A DNA stretch of 35,874 bases. Origin: a virus (taxonomy: Duplodnaviria; Caudoviricetes). This document shows, one piece after another, positions 1-8,400 of the stretch. Each line of letters starts with the position of its first letter. The stretch's first letter is position 1. Made by a program: the position numbers and the translations under genes. The stretch lies in the IMG/VR virus record IMGVR_UViG_3300012952_002503, positions 1 to 35,874 of that record, one strand, 5' to 3'. Below the pieces are notes generated by a model, which saw nothing but the letters and a program-made list of their open reading frames with translations, ran no database searches and was not told the origin of the DNA.

Positions 1-420
1 AGTCTGATACGACGAGTTAACAACGTAGAAATCAGAGTCGTAAAGTTTAGTCGCACCCGATGATGCAGTTTTAGTCGAGGAGTAATCATGACGATACATA
101 TCATAAACGTAACCCAATCCACCAGTGGTTTGCTCTGGGGGAATCCAGTCGGTACGCCTGACTACCTGAATAGTATCATTTGCTAATACTCTCTTCAGGG
201 AGATCATGTCCGAATAGTCATCCGAAAATTCTTGGAATGAATCTACTGGGTCTGGAGGTGCATTCTCATTATCCCACGGTTGTGGTCTGCCTATGAATAC
301 ATAAAGGCGATCCCTAGAAGTACCAGCTTCCAGGTCTGACTGTGTTGGGTTTGGTCCCTCAAGTGCCTTTCTAAACCTTTCGGCAGTAAAGATTCTAAAT
401 TGGTCGGTTAATAGTGCCAT
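1..420 (-). CDS. gp8: Baseplate wedge subunit gp8, N-terminal 140 codons (continues past the window edge)
   Basis: Not in the ORF track. Translated by hand from ATG at 420: MALLTDQFRIFTAERFRKALEGPNPTQSDLEAGTSRDRLYVFIGRPQPWDNENAPPDPVDSFQEFSDDYSDMISLKRV...RRTDW...YDMYRHDYS...LYDSDFYVVNSSYQT, with no stop. The Y-x-F-I-G-R-x3-W, RRxDW and YDMY motifs match T4-like cyanophage gp8. A late promoter and an AAGAAGG purine tract lie upstream. Confidence 0.9.
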   Translation of the reverse strand, partial: MALLTDQFRIFTAERFRKALEGPNPTQSDLEAGTSRDRLYVFIGRPQPWDNENAPPDPVDSFQEFSDDYSDMISLKRVLANDTIQVVRRTDWIPPEQTTGGLGYVYDMYRHDYSSTKTASSGATKLYDSDFYVVNSSYQT

Positions 421-441
421 GTCTAGCGATTGCCTTCTTTA

Positions 442-449
442 TATTTATA
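442..449 (-). promoter_or_regulatory. T4-type late (gp55 sigma) promoter TATAAATA upstream of gp8
   Basis: Plus-strand tatttata at 442-449 reads TATAAATA on the minus strand, an exact T4 late consensus. It lies in the 33-bp intergenic gap, 21 nt before the gp8 ATG. Confidence 0.85.
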
Positions 450-453
450 GGGG

Positions 454-2316
454 TTAATCATCCTCATTTCTGAGATATGTTGTATACTCAACTGCTTTAA
501 TAGTTGCCTGAGCACCTGATCCATTACCCCTTAGTAACTCCCCTTTATTAAACTTGAAGTTTGGATCATTGCTTACAATGTCCTTAACAGAGATAATATA
601 GTCAGATCCTTCAGCTTCAGGTGCAGCATTGCTTGTTGCAGTCAGTCCTGTAGTCAAACCTTCTACTTGCTCAGTAGCAGTAAATGTAGTACCAGTAGTT
701 AACGTAACAGTCAATGATGCTAGTGACTGATGTGCGTCTCCATCACCTAAAGCACCAGCACCCTGTATAGTTGCTACTAGAGGAGTTGCATTACCATCAT
801 ATATCTGATCACCTTGTTGGAATAGAGTAGTATTCTGTCCACCAAGTGTCTCCTCAATACCATATTTAGATGATGCTATACCACCATCTAAGTTAATTTG
901 ATTCTCAAACTCAGTACCAGTGTTAACAAGGTCGATAATACCATCACCAAATTGCTGTACACCATTCGCATCCGTGTACTCTTCATCATTATCTTCAAAT
1001 ACTCTATTAAGAATTGCACTTAATGGATCAGTGAATGCAACAATATCATTACCCTCAGATTCTACTAGTACGTGTGGTGCTACACCTGTGCCTGATGCTC
1101 CAGCAGTTCCAGCGACAAATGCGATGATCTTAGATTTCTCATTAGATCTACCACCATCAATAAATGCTAACTCGTCAACTTCAAATACAAGATATAATGC
1201 TCGGTTAGCAACATCCCAGTCATATACAATAGCAACTCGGTTAGTTGAACTCTCAACTACACGTCTTACTTTGTCTGTTACTTGGAATGAATACTGTGTT
1301 AAACCAGTATTAGCATCATCCTGTAAATTATCTAGGATGACTTTCTGGTCAAAACGGAAGTTTGTACCTCTATCACATCCTGTGAGAGAAGTAGCAGTCT
1401 TACCAGTATATCTAATTAATTCTCTTCCGAGCAACACCTTACCAGATCCTGCGTATGGATTGGTATCTTCAACATATATGGTTGTTGTACCAGATGAGAC
1501 GTTTGCTACTATACCAGCAAGGTTATAAAGTACTGAGTTAAGAGACTGTCTATTTCTTGCCTCTCTTATTAGGTTAGTATCTCTAGTAAAGATAACCTCT
1601 GGAGGATCTGTATATCCACCACCTCCAGTCAGTAAGTCAATATTTGTAATTACACCAAGGTTAATGAATGCTTCAGCAGTAGCACCTGATCCACCACCCT
1701 TAATGAGTTGAATCAGTGGTGGCTCTTCAAAGAATTCACCTTGATTAGTTAATGTAATAGATGTAACTTCACCAAATTGATTAACAGCAGCAACTCCAGT
1801 TGCACCCTGTCCACCACCACCTGAGATAATGATGTTAACATCTTCTTCAGTATAGTTACGTCCTGGTTGCTCAATAGCAAGACCAGTTATCAATCCTGTG
1901 ATTGGTACCAATTCAGATCCAGATCCACCACCACCCTCAATACGAGCAGTAGCATCAAAATAACCGTCACCTGGGACAGTCATCTGTATGAAATCTAAAC
2001 CACCATCAGGTTTAAGGTATATGTTACCTGCTGCATCTTTAGATGAAGCTTCATCTTCAATGATTAAACGTAATGGATCATATCCCTCACCAGGATCTAA
2101 TACTTCTACAGCAGTTATCTCACCAAGGTCTCCCTCAATGACTGCTCTAAGCACTGCATCTCTAATTGGTGTGCCACAATTCTCAATACGCAGTCTAGGT
2201 GGATCATTAACATCATATCCACTGCCTTTATTAATGACAAAGACATCCCTGACCCCAGATAAACTGTTGAATACTGGGACTATTTGGGCACCACTACCAG
2301 GGACTGTTCTTGCCAT
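454..2316 (-). CDS. Virion/baseplate structural protein with Gly-rich beta modules (620 aa)
   Basis: Repeated I/V-x-I/V-x-x-x-G-x-G-Y...GGGGxGAxA modules like those in the giant protein, plus a TIYVEDT...ELIRYTGKTATSLTGCDRG module shared with it. Lacks the gp7 FYxxKGT and HPAG motifs. ATG is 1 nt after the upstream stop (TAA-T-ATG), suggesting translational coupling. Confidence 0.75.
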   Translation of the reverse strand: MARTVPGSGAQIVPVFNSLSGVRDVFVINKGSGYDVNDPPRLRIENCGTPIRDAVLRAVIEGDLGEITAVEVLDPGEGYDPLRLIIEDEASSKDAAGNIYLKPDGGLDFIQMTVPGDGYFDATARIEGGGGSGSELVPITGLITGLAIEQPGRNYTEEDVNIIISGGGGQGATGVAAVNQFGEVTSITLTNQGEFFEEPPLIQLIKGGGSGATAEAFINLGVITNIDLLTGGGGYTDPPEVIFTRDTNLIREARNRQSLNSVLYNLAGIVANVSSGTTTIYVEDTNPYAGSGKVLLGRELIRYTGKTATSLTGCDRGTNFRFDQKVILDNLQDDANTGLTQYSFQVTDKVRRVVESSTNRVAIVYDWDVANRALYLVFEVDELAFIDGGRSNEKSKIIAFVAGTAGASGTGVAPHVLVESEGNDIVAFTDPLSAILNRVFEDNDEEYTDANGVQQFGDGIIDLVNTGTEFENQINLDGGIASSKYGIEETLGGQNTTLFQQGDQIYDGNATPLVATIQGAGALGDGDAHQSLASLTVTLTTGTTFTATEQVEGLTTGLTATSNAAPEAEGSDYIISVKDIVSNDPNFKFNKGELLRGNGSGAQATIKAVEYTTYLRNEDD

Positions 2317-2317
2317 A

Positions 2318-3799
2318 TTAGACTACTGTAAGGTTTCCTACCATTGCTGGATGCATTGTGCACTGGTAAACATATGTTGTACCAGCAGATAAAGATTGTG
2401 GGACTGTCCATAACTGGACTCCCTCTTGTGATCCACTAACACCATCAGTTACAGATCCACCACCTGAGGTAGTTCTTAAAGCAAATGGGTGTGCAGCACC
2501 TGTTTCATTGTTAAATCTATATGTAAATCCACGATAAACATATATCGTAGGATTATCTGTTGTAGTATTGACACCACTACCTGAGAATCTATATGCACTG
2601 TTACCAGTAGCAGATACTATAAGGTTAAGGCAAGGAGATTCGATTGGATCCCATGATGTGCCATTATATACAACGTTATCACCCTCCATTGCTCCACCAC
2701 TGAGGTAGAAGTCAGCATTAAGGGTAACTGTGTTAGAAGTTACAACAGATGCAAGACCAGTACCACCAGCTATAGCAAGAGAAGACGTTGACAACTGTGC
2801 AGTTGTTGTACCAGAATCACCAGTAACTGTCTTATAAACTTCTTGGACTATATTAGGTGCATCATTGGTGATCGTTAGGTCGTCACCTGATACAGCAGTG
2901 CTAATTGAGGTGCCACCAATTACATTAATAGTAGCAGTTGCACTACTTGCAGTCTTACTTCCAGAATCACTACCAATTACACCGTATGCATTTTGGTTTG
3001 CGTCACCAAGTGCCCCTGTCATGTCTATTGTGAGGGTGTCTCCAACGATTGTAGTCGAGATTTCAGTACCACCAGCAACAGTTAATACATCAGTAGCAGC
3101 ACTAGCAGTAGTACTACCAGTATCAGCAGTGAATCCCTCAAATAGGTTTTGAGTAGTACCTCCACCACCTCCACCTGAAGAATCGTCGTTAGCTGGCTCC
3201 CATTTACTATTAGTATCATTCCATTTTATAACTTGACCGTCTGAAGGACCACCTCCAACAGTCATATCTACATCACCAAGATCCCCAAGACTATGATCTT
3301 CACCTATAATCTTCTTCCAACCACCAGCTGTTGCAACTCTCGCTGTAGTATCACCAGATACATATGCAAACATACCATGATGAGCAATATTCTCAGGAAG
3401 ATCTCCTACAGTTGGAAAATGATTACTATACTTTAACTTACCATCAGCACCATCAACATAAGTTAGGGCAGAACCTGTACCACCTGTCCAAAACTTAATG
3501 TCTCCACTACCATTTGGTTTAATTTCTACGTCACCATTTGCCGACGAAGTTATATCGAATCCAGCAACATCTAAATCTGCTGTTAACGCATCAACATGAC
3601 CCTCTACAAACTGAGCACCATTCCATTTCAGGACTTGTCCAGTCGAAGGGGTTGTTACATTGATCTGAAGGTTGGTATCGTTGCCAAGTTGAGCATATAA
3701 TTCATTAATGACGCTATTCAGTTTAATAGCACCATCTCGGAGACTGTCTCCAGTCCCGTCGTTTGCCGACGATCCGATACTGAGTGTTTGTTTAGCCAT
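2318..3799 (-). CDS. gp9/gp10-like baseplate-anchored fibre/connector protein with C-terminal cupredoxin-like domain (493 aa)
   Basis: N-terminus MAKQTLSIGSSANDGTGDSLRDGAIKLNSVINELY matches the T4 gp9/gp10 N-terminal DGTGDxLRxGxxKxN motif. Contains fibre-type LGDLGDVD...GQVIKW...W motifs and ends HPF...YQCTMHPAMVG. Confidence 0.8.
   Translation of the reverse strand: MAKQTLSIGSSANDGTGDSLRDGAIKLNSVINELYAQLGNDTNLQINVTTPSTGQVLKWNGAQFVEGHVDALTADLDVAGFDITSSANGDVEIKPNGSGDIKFWTGGTGSALTYVDGADGKLKYSNHFPTVGDLPENIAHHGMFAYVSGDTTARVATAGGWKKIIGEDHSLGDLGDVDMTVGGGPSDGQVIKWNDTNSKWEPANDDSSGGGGGGTTQNLFEGFTADTGSTTASAATDVLTVAGGTEISTTIVGDTLTIDMTGALGDANQNAYGVIGSDSGSKTASSATATINVIGGTSISTAVSGDDLTITNDAPNIVQEVYKTVTGDSGTTTAQLSTSSLAIAGGTGLASVVTSNTVTLNADFYLSGGAMEGDNVVYNGTSWDPIESPCLNLIVSATGNSAYRFSGSGVNTTTDNPTIYVYRGFTYRFNNETGAAHPFALRTTSGGGSVTDGVSGSQEGVQLWTVPQSLSAGTTYVYQCTMHPAMVGNLTVV
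2321..2560 (-). other. Cupredoxin-like domain with putative type-1 copper ligands
   Basis: His at 2489-2491 (AAHPF) and C-T-M-H-P-A-M at 2342-2362. The Cys-x2-His-x2-Met spacing equals the amicyanin ligand loop (CTPHPFM). Confidence 0.65.
2717..3151 (-). repeat. Three tandem ~50-aa protein repeats in the gp9-like protein
   Basis: QNLFEGFTADTGSTTASAATDVLTVAGGTEIST..., QNAYGVIGSDSGSKTASSATATINVIGGTSIST... and QEVYKTVTGDSGTTTAQLSTSSLAIAGGTGLAS... start at 3151, 2995 and 2845 (periods of 156 and 150 nt). Confidence 0.85.
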
Positions 3800-3820
3800 G
3801 GGTACAGTGTTCTACAGGGT

Positions 3821-3827
3821 TATTTAG
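3821..3827 (-). promoter_or_regulatory. Putative late promoter CTAAATA overlapping the upstream stop codon
   Basis: Plus-strand tatttag at 3821-3827 reads CTAAATA on the minus strand. It includes the TAA stop (3824-3826) and ends 21 nt before the ATG at 3799, the same spacing as the gp8 promoter. Confidence 0.65.
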
Positions 3828-5416
3828 GTGCCATCGAAGGTTTGTGATGTAGAGTCTAGTGTGCTGCTAGTGCTATCGAAGCGATTAGCAGTATCACCAC
3901 CACTACCACTACCAGTTACTGTTAATAAAGCTGGTTGTGAATCTAGAGGAGAGTTTTGTGCTGCCTGTGGTGCTCCTATAGGACCAGATATCCTACAACG
4001 ATACCTATATCCAGTCATATACGATAACGCAGATATTGAATAGGTATTAGTTGTAGCACCAGTGATAGCAGCAAAAGCAAATCCACCATCAGTAGATCTA
4101 TACCACTGATAGGTCATTGGTCCATCCTCAGGTAATACTTGAGCAGTGACATTAAAGGTAGCAGTCTCATTAGCATTGACTGTTACATTGGTAGGTTGCA
4201 ATGTAAACTGTAATGTTGGAGGTGGACCTTGATCTCCACCACCTCCTCCATCTCCACCGCCAGCTACAGGCGTTACTGTGAAGGTTGTATCAATAAGTTC
4301 CCTAGTTTTACTACCAATAATGAAAGGAAACTTAACATTATCTAAATTCTCTGGGTCTAATGTAAGGAAATAAGCATAGGTTCCATCAGGATATTCGGGT
4401 GTAACACCAAATCTACCGTTATGAATGTCCAAATCTCCAGTTCCATCGACATACTCATAGTCTTCCATGAGTGTTCCAGCAGGTGGATTGTCTGAAGTGC
4501 TACCATAATCAGGTCTTCCAGGTGCTTCTGTGTCTTTGACAGCAAAAGAAGTCCTCATTGTCCTAGTTCCACTCAGATTATTCCAATTATTATCATATGC
4601 ATAGGGTCCATAGATGGGAAATCCATCAAATGATATGCCAATCATCTTAGAATGACCGTCAGGATGACGAATATTGTTACCATTATACTGAGTTGACCCA
4701 TAATAGTCGTTATAACTTGCTATTGATGATCCAGATTTCCAACAATCTAAGAAATGTGGGTCATGATAGTGATATTGACCACTCTGTTCTGGGTGTCCAC
4801 CACAAGAATCTTCTCCAGAATCAACAAAAGGTATGTCTCCAGCAGCAACCCAACTAAAACCTGATGGTGGATTCAATCCAGTACCAGCAGAAGGGTTAAA
4901 AATAGAAACACCATTAGCAGCAATACCAATTGCACCTAGTGGAGTATCAGTTCTTCCGTTTCTTTGATCATAATATTCATAGGTACCAGTTACAGGAGTA
5001 GTTGCTTGTGTATCTACTATTAAATCTAACTGACTATCTGATGATAACCAGCACTCACCAGCAATAGAAGTAAATGTAGTACCTTTGTAGATAAACCTTT
5101 GCTTCAATCCATCACTAAAAACGAATAGTATATGGTCTCCCTCATCTATTTGATTGTTAGTAAACAATACGAGATCATTTACGGAGATAGAAATGGTTCT
5201 AAGGTATCCGTCATGCGTATATTGATTATTATCAAATGTGCGAGTAATTCCAAATGTTCCTCCACGGTATAAGAAGTCATGATCGAAATCCTGTTCGGTA
5301 ACTGTATTGGGATTATTGTCATTTGGGAACGTACCAAAAGATACAGGAGCAGGGAGGGAATCCGATGCTACTGTAATTACCTTTGTTGCGTTGTTAAATG
5401 ATGCTGTTGCTGCCAT
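3824..5416 (-). CDS. YHYH-domain protein with C-terminal Ig-like domain (530 aa), probable virion component
   Basis: GAIGIAANGVSIFNP...DSCGGHP...GQYHYH (YHYH at 4763-4774)...HSKMIGISFDGFPIYGPY...GDLDIHNGRFGVTPEYPDGTYAYF is the YHYH family signature. A Gly/Pro linker precedes QPTNVTV...YQWYRS...YRYRCRI (Ig-like, about 3916-4213). Confidence 0.85.
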   Translation of the reverse strand: MAATASFNNATKVITVASDSLPAPVSFGTFPNDNNPNTVTEQDFDHDFLYRGGTFGITRTFDNNQYTHDGYLRTISISVNDLVLFTNNQIDEGDHILFVFSDGLKQRFIYKGTTFTSIAGECWLSSDSQLDLIVDTQATTPVTGTYEYYDQRNGRTDTPLGAIGIAANGVSIFNPSAGTGLNPPSGFSWVAAGDIPFVDSGEDSCGGHPEQSGQYHYHDPHFLDCWKSGSSIASYNDYYGSTQYNGNNIRHPDGHSKMIGISFDGFPIYGPYAYDNNWNNLSGTRTMRTSFAVKDTEAPGRPDYGSTSDNPPAGTLMEDYEYVDGTGDLDIHNGRFGVTPEYPDGTYAYFLTLDPENLDNVKFPFIIGSKTRELIDTTFTVTPVAGGGDGGGGGDQGPPPTLQFTLQPTNVTVNANETATFNVTAQVLPEDGPMTYQWYRSTDGGFAFAAITGATTNTYSISALSYMTGYRYRCRISGPIGAPQAAQNSPLDSQPALLTVTGSGSGGDTANRFDSTSSTLDSTSQTFDGT

Positions 5417-5421
5417 GAGAT

Positions 5422-5428
5422 TATTTAG
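5422..5428 (-). promoter_or_regulatory. Putative late promoter CTAAATA overlapping the giant gene's stop codon
   Basis: Minus strand reads CTAAATA-ATCTC-ATG. The TAA stop (5425-5427) is inside the motif and only 5 nt separate it from the YHYH gene ATG. Confidence 0.6.
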
Positions 5429-8400
5429 ATATCGTCGAAGATAATATTAGGTGTGAATCCAGTTATGATTGTGGCACCAGTCTGGACACTCAAGATTGCA
5501 GATAGTGAGTAGACAGGAGTTGCACCAGCAGCAGTTATTGCTACACGATACTCATCACCATCATCTGCCTGTGCAGCAGATACTGTCTGGAATGTAGATT
5601 GGTTAGCACCAATAATGTTGCTCCAAGTCTGTGTGCCATACTCTTTTTTCTGCCACTGATAATTCATTGTCTGACCGTTAGTTACAGTAGATACGACTGT
5701 GAATCCAGCAGTCTGACCTTGGTTAACTGTTACGTTAACTGGGTCGATTACAATAGCAATTGTGCCAGGATCGATTGCAGTGCTACCATCCTGATATTCA
5801 GCTCCTTCACCTGCTAGTACGTCAAATCCACCGTTAATAGGACCACCAACTGGTTCTGTGTAATCATCTGGGACTACATTATCGATTGCAACAACAGGAA
5901 GTGAATATCCAAGACCAGAAGTCTTAACATCAATTCTTGTAATACCCATCAATGCCTTAAGACGTGAATCAAATCCAGAGGAAGATATAACGTCAACGTT
6001 AGGACGTGAAGTATAACCATCACCAGGACTGGTTAGTGTTGCATTAATAATTTGACCATAAGTGATCTCTGATATAGCAGCAGCGTTTCTACCTTTAACA
6101 GATCCAGTGTACTCGAATGTGATTAATGAGTTAGAAGACTCAATTAGAGCAACCTCACGAGCAAATTCCTCACCGTCTATGTCTAGTCTATCACCAGCTT
6201 CAACTGGTGGTACGACTGTTGCTGCGATAACGTCTGCGTCAGATCCAATGTATGAGAAACCAACGAAGGTTGATCCCGCACGTGGGACTTCAGCGAAGAT
6301 GATACGTGATCCAACGATCTCGTATGCGTTACCTGGTTCCTGAATAATACCGTTAAGTGAAACTAGGATGTTATTCTCAGGACGGATAACGTTAGATGAA
6401 ACACCTTCAGTCAGTGTTAGTGAGTAGAATAATCCACCACGCTTAAGGTTGAATGAAGATCTCAATGAGTCAAACTCGAAGGAGATATCATCTAACTGAC
6501 GTAATTTACCAACGTAGTAACCAATGAATTGTGATCCAACCTCAGGAGGCTCAGCGAACTGAATCTTATCTGAGAATGCAACGTATGACTGGTTACCACC
6601 AGGAGGCTGTAGAATACCATTAACGAATGCTAGTAAGTGACCAGCAGGATCTGGGAAGTATGCTTCACCATTAGAGATGGTTAAGTCAAATATAGTTTGT
6701 GTGCCATCAAATCCTCTGAAGTAACGATCTACTCTACCGTCTAGTGTGCGAGCTTGTGAAATTGCAGCACTCCATCCGAAGTCAGATTCTAAGGTCATAT
6801 TGTCCATTAGACTTCCAACAGCATCCTCTACCCAGATGGTAGCAGTAATACCTTGTTGATCTATAGCAACAACCTTAGCGTATGATGAGTAATTTGTTTC
6901 AGTGTATGATGTTACCTGTGCGTATATGGTTGGGAAGTTAGATCCAATATCTACCTTACCAATATTGTTAGTACCAACAGTCAACTCAGATACGTCAGCA
7001 CCAACACCTACAGGTTGTATACTACCAATCCAAAGTTTGTGTATACCGTAGTTAGGATCAGTATTATCAAGTTCTAAACCATTAATATACTGGGTTACTG
7101 TAGCAGTGAATCCTGGATCTTTCTGTAAAGTACCTTGTAGTAGTGATACTTCATCACCGACTCTGAATGTATCTGTAATACCAGTGTCAACGATAGCAGG
7201 ACCAAGATTTAACTCTAGTGTATAGCGACCATGTATATACTGGTTAAGTTGTAACTGTGTACCAGCGATACCTTTAATGTCTAAGATGTAATCAGTAACA
7301 CTACCGTAGATAATGTCACCAGGTACCCAAGGAGACTCAATGGTTTCAACATCAATTGTGATACGACCACCATCATTACCAGTTAGAGCACCAGACTTAC
7401 TTACATACTCATCCATGTAACCTTCAGTGGTTGCATCCTTAGCGAAGAACCAATCACCTGTAGCGAAGGCACCTCTCTCAACGTTAATCAAGAATCTATC
7501 TGTAACAGCAGTAACAGTAGAAGTTGTGCCACTATCAGCACCTTCTAATACATCAGCAACGTTGATTGTACCAGCGATTGTATGCAATTTCAAGAATGAT
7601 ATTGCAGTATCAGCAGGTGCAGGTGTGCTTTGTAGCATTGTGCCGTTATTAGCAGTTGCACCTTGGACAACAACTGATTCACCGTTTGTGTAAGTATCAG
7701 ATACACCAGGAGTTGTCTGTGATACAGTACCAACATCAAAATGCTTATAGATCTGACGTATAGATGCTACGTTCTCTTGGACTGTGCCGACCTCAGCAGC
7801 AGCACCAGAAGTACCTCCATAGATCACGTCAGCAGGATTCATTCCACCCTGTATAGGACATGCTGAATCATCAGAAGGATATGTAGATGCAGATCTAGTA
7901 ATACCACTTCTTCTTACGACCTGCATTATCTGTGCACCGTCGTTAGATGAGTCTACTTGTAATATCCTGAATCTTCCATCATGGATATATGAAGCACCAA
8001 TCTCAAACCACTGAGCAGTAGCAGTTAAGCAGTAGAAGTATGTTTGTCCTGTTAAACCTGTCAATGAAGTATCAGATGCAGGAATGTAACTTAATACATC
8101 ACCACGACGGAACTGGTTAGCACGGTTAATTCTTATTCTATATTCAGAGCGATCAAATCCAACTCTTACTTCAGGAGTTAGAGTAACAAGAGCAGGGTCA
8201 GTATTGTAATCCCAACCTGTCTCATATCTTGTCAGACGGTTAACAACGTCAGTGCTTGGTATAAACTGGACACTAGCATTTGTTGGGAATTTAGACATCT
8301 CTAGAGAGTACTCAATTGGGTTGAGTGAAGAGTCAATCATAAATTCGACTGCTTCCTGATTCCATTCAAGTCTTTCTGGTTTCTGATATACATCAAAGTT

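Noticed and set aside
863-869. CTAAATA on the minus strand inside the 620-aa gene
   Set aside because: It falls in coding sequence (S-K-Y), about 440 nt from the next start, which has its own perfect promoter. A 7-mer like this is expected by chance in AT-rich DNA.
454-2316. Calling the 620-aa protein gp7
   Set aside because: It is adjacent to gp8 and shares modules with gp7-like proteins, but the FYxxKGT and YQxFSY...HPAG motifs are in the giant ORF, not here.
920-3152. Plus-strand ORFs 920-1528, 1988-2392 and 2865-3152
   Set aside because: They lie antisense to well-supported genes, mirror their codons (Pro/Ser/Val-rich), and have no recognisable motifs or expression signals. Shadow ORFs.
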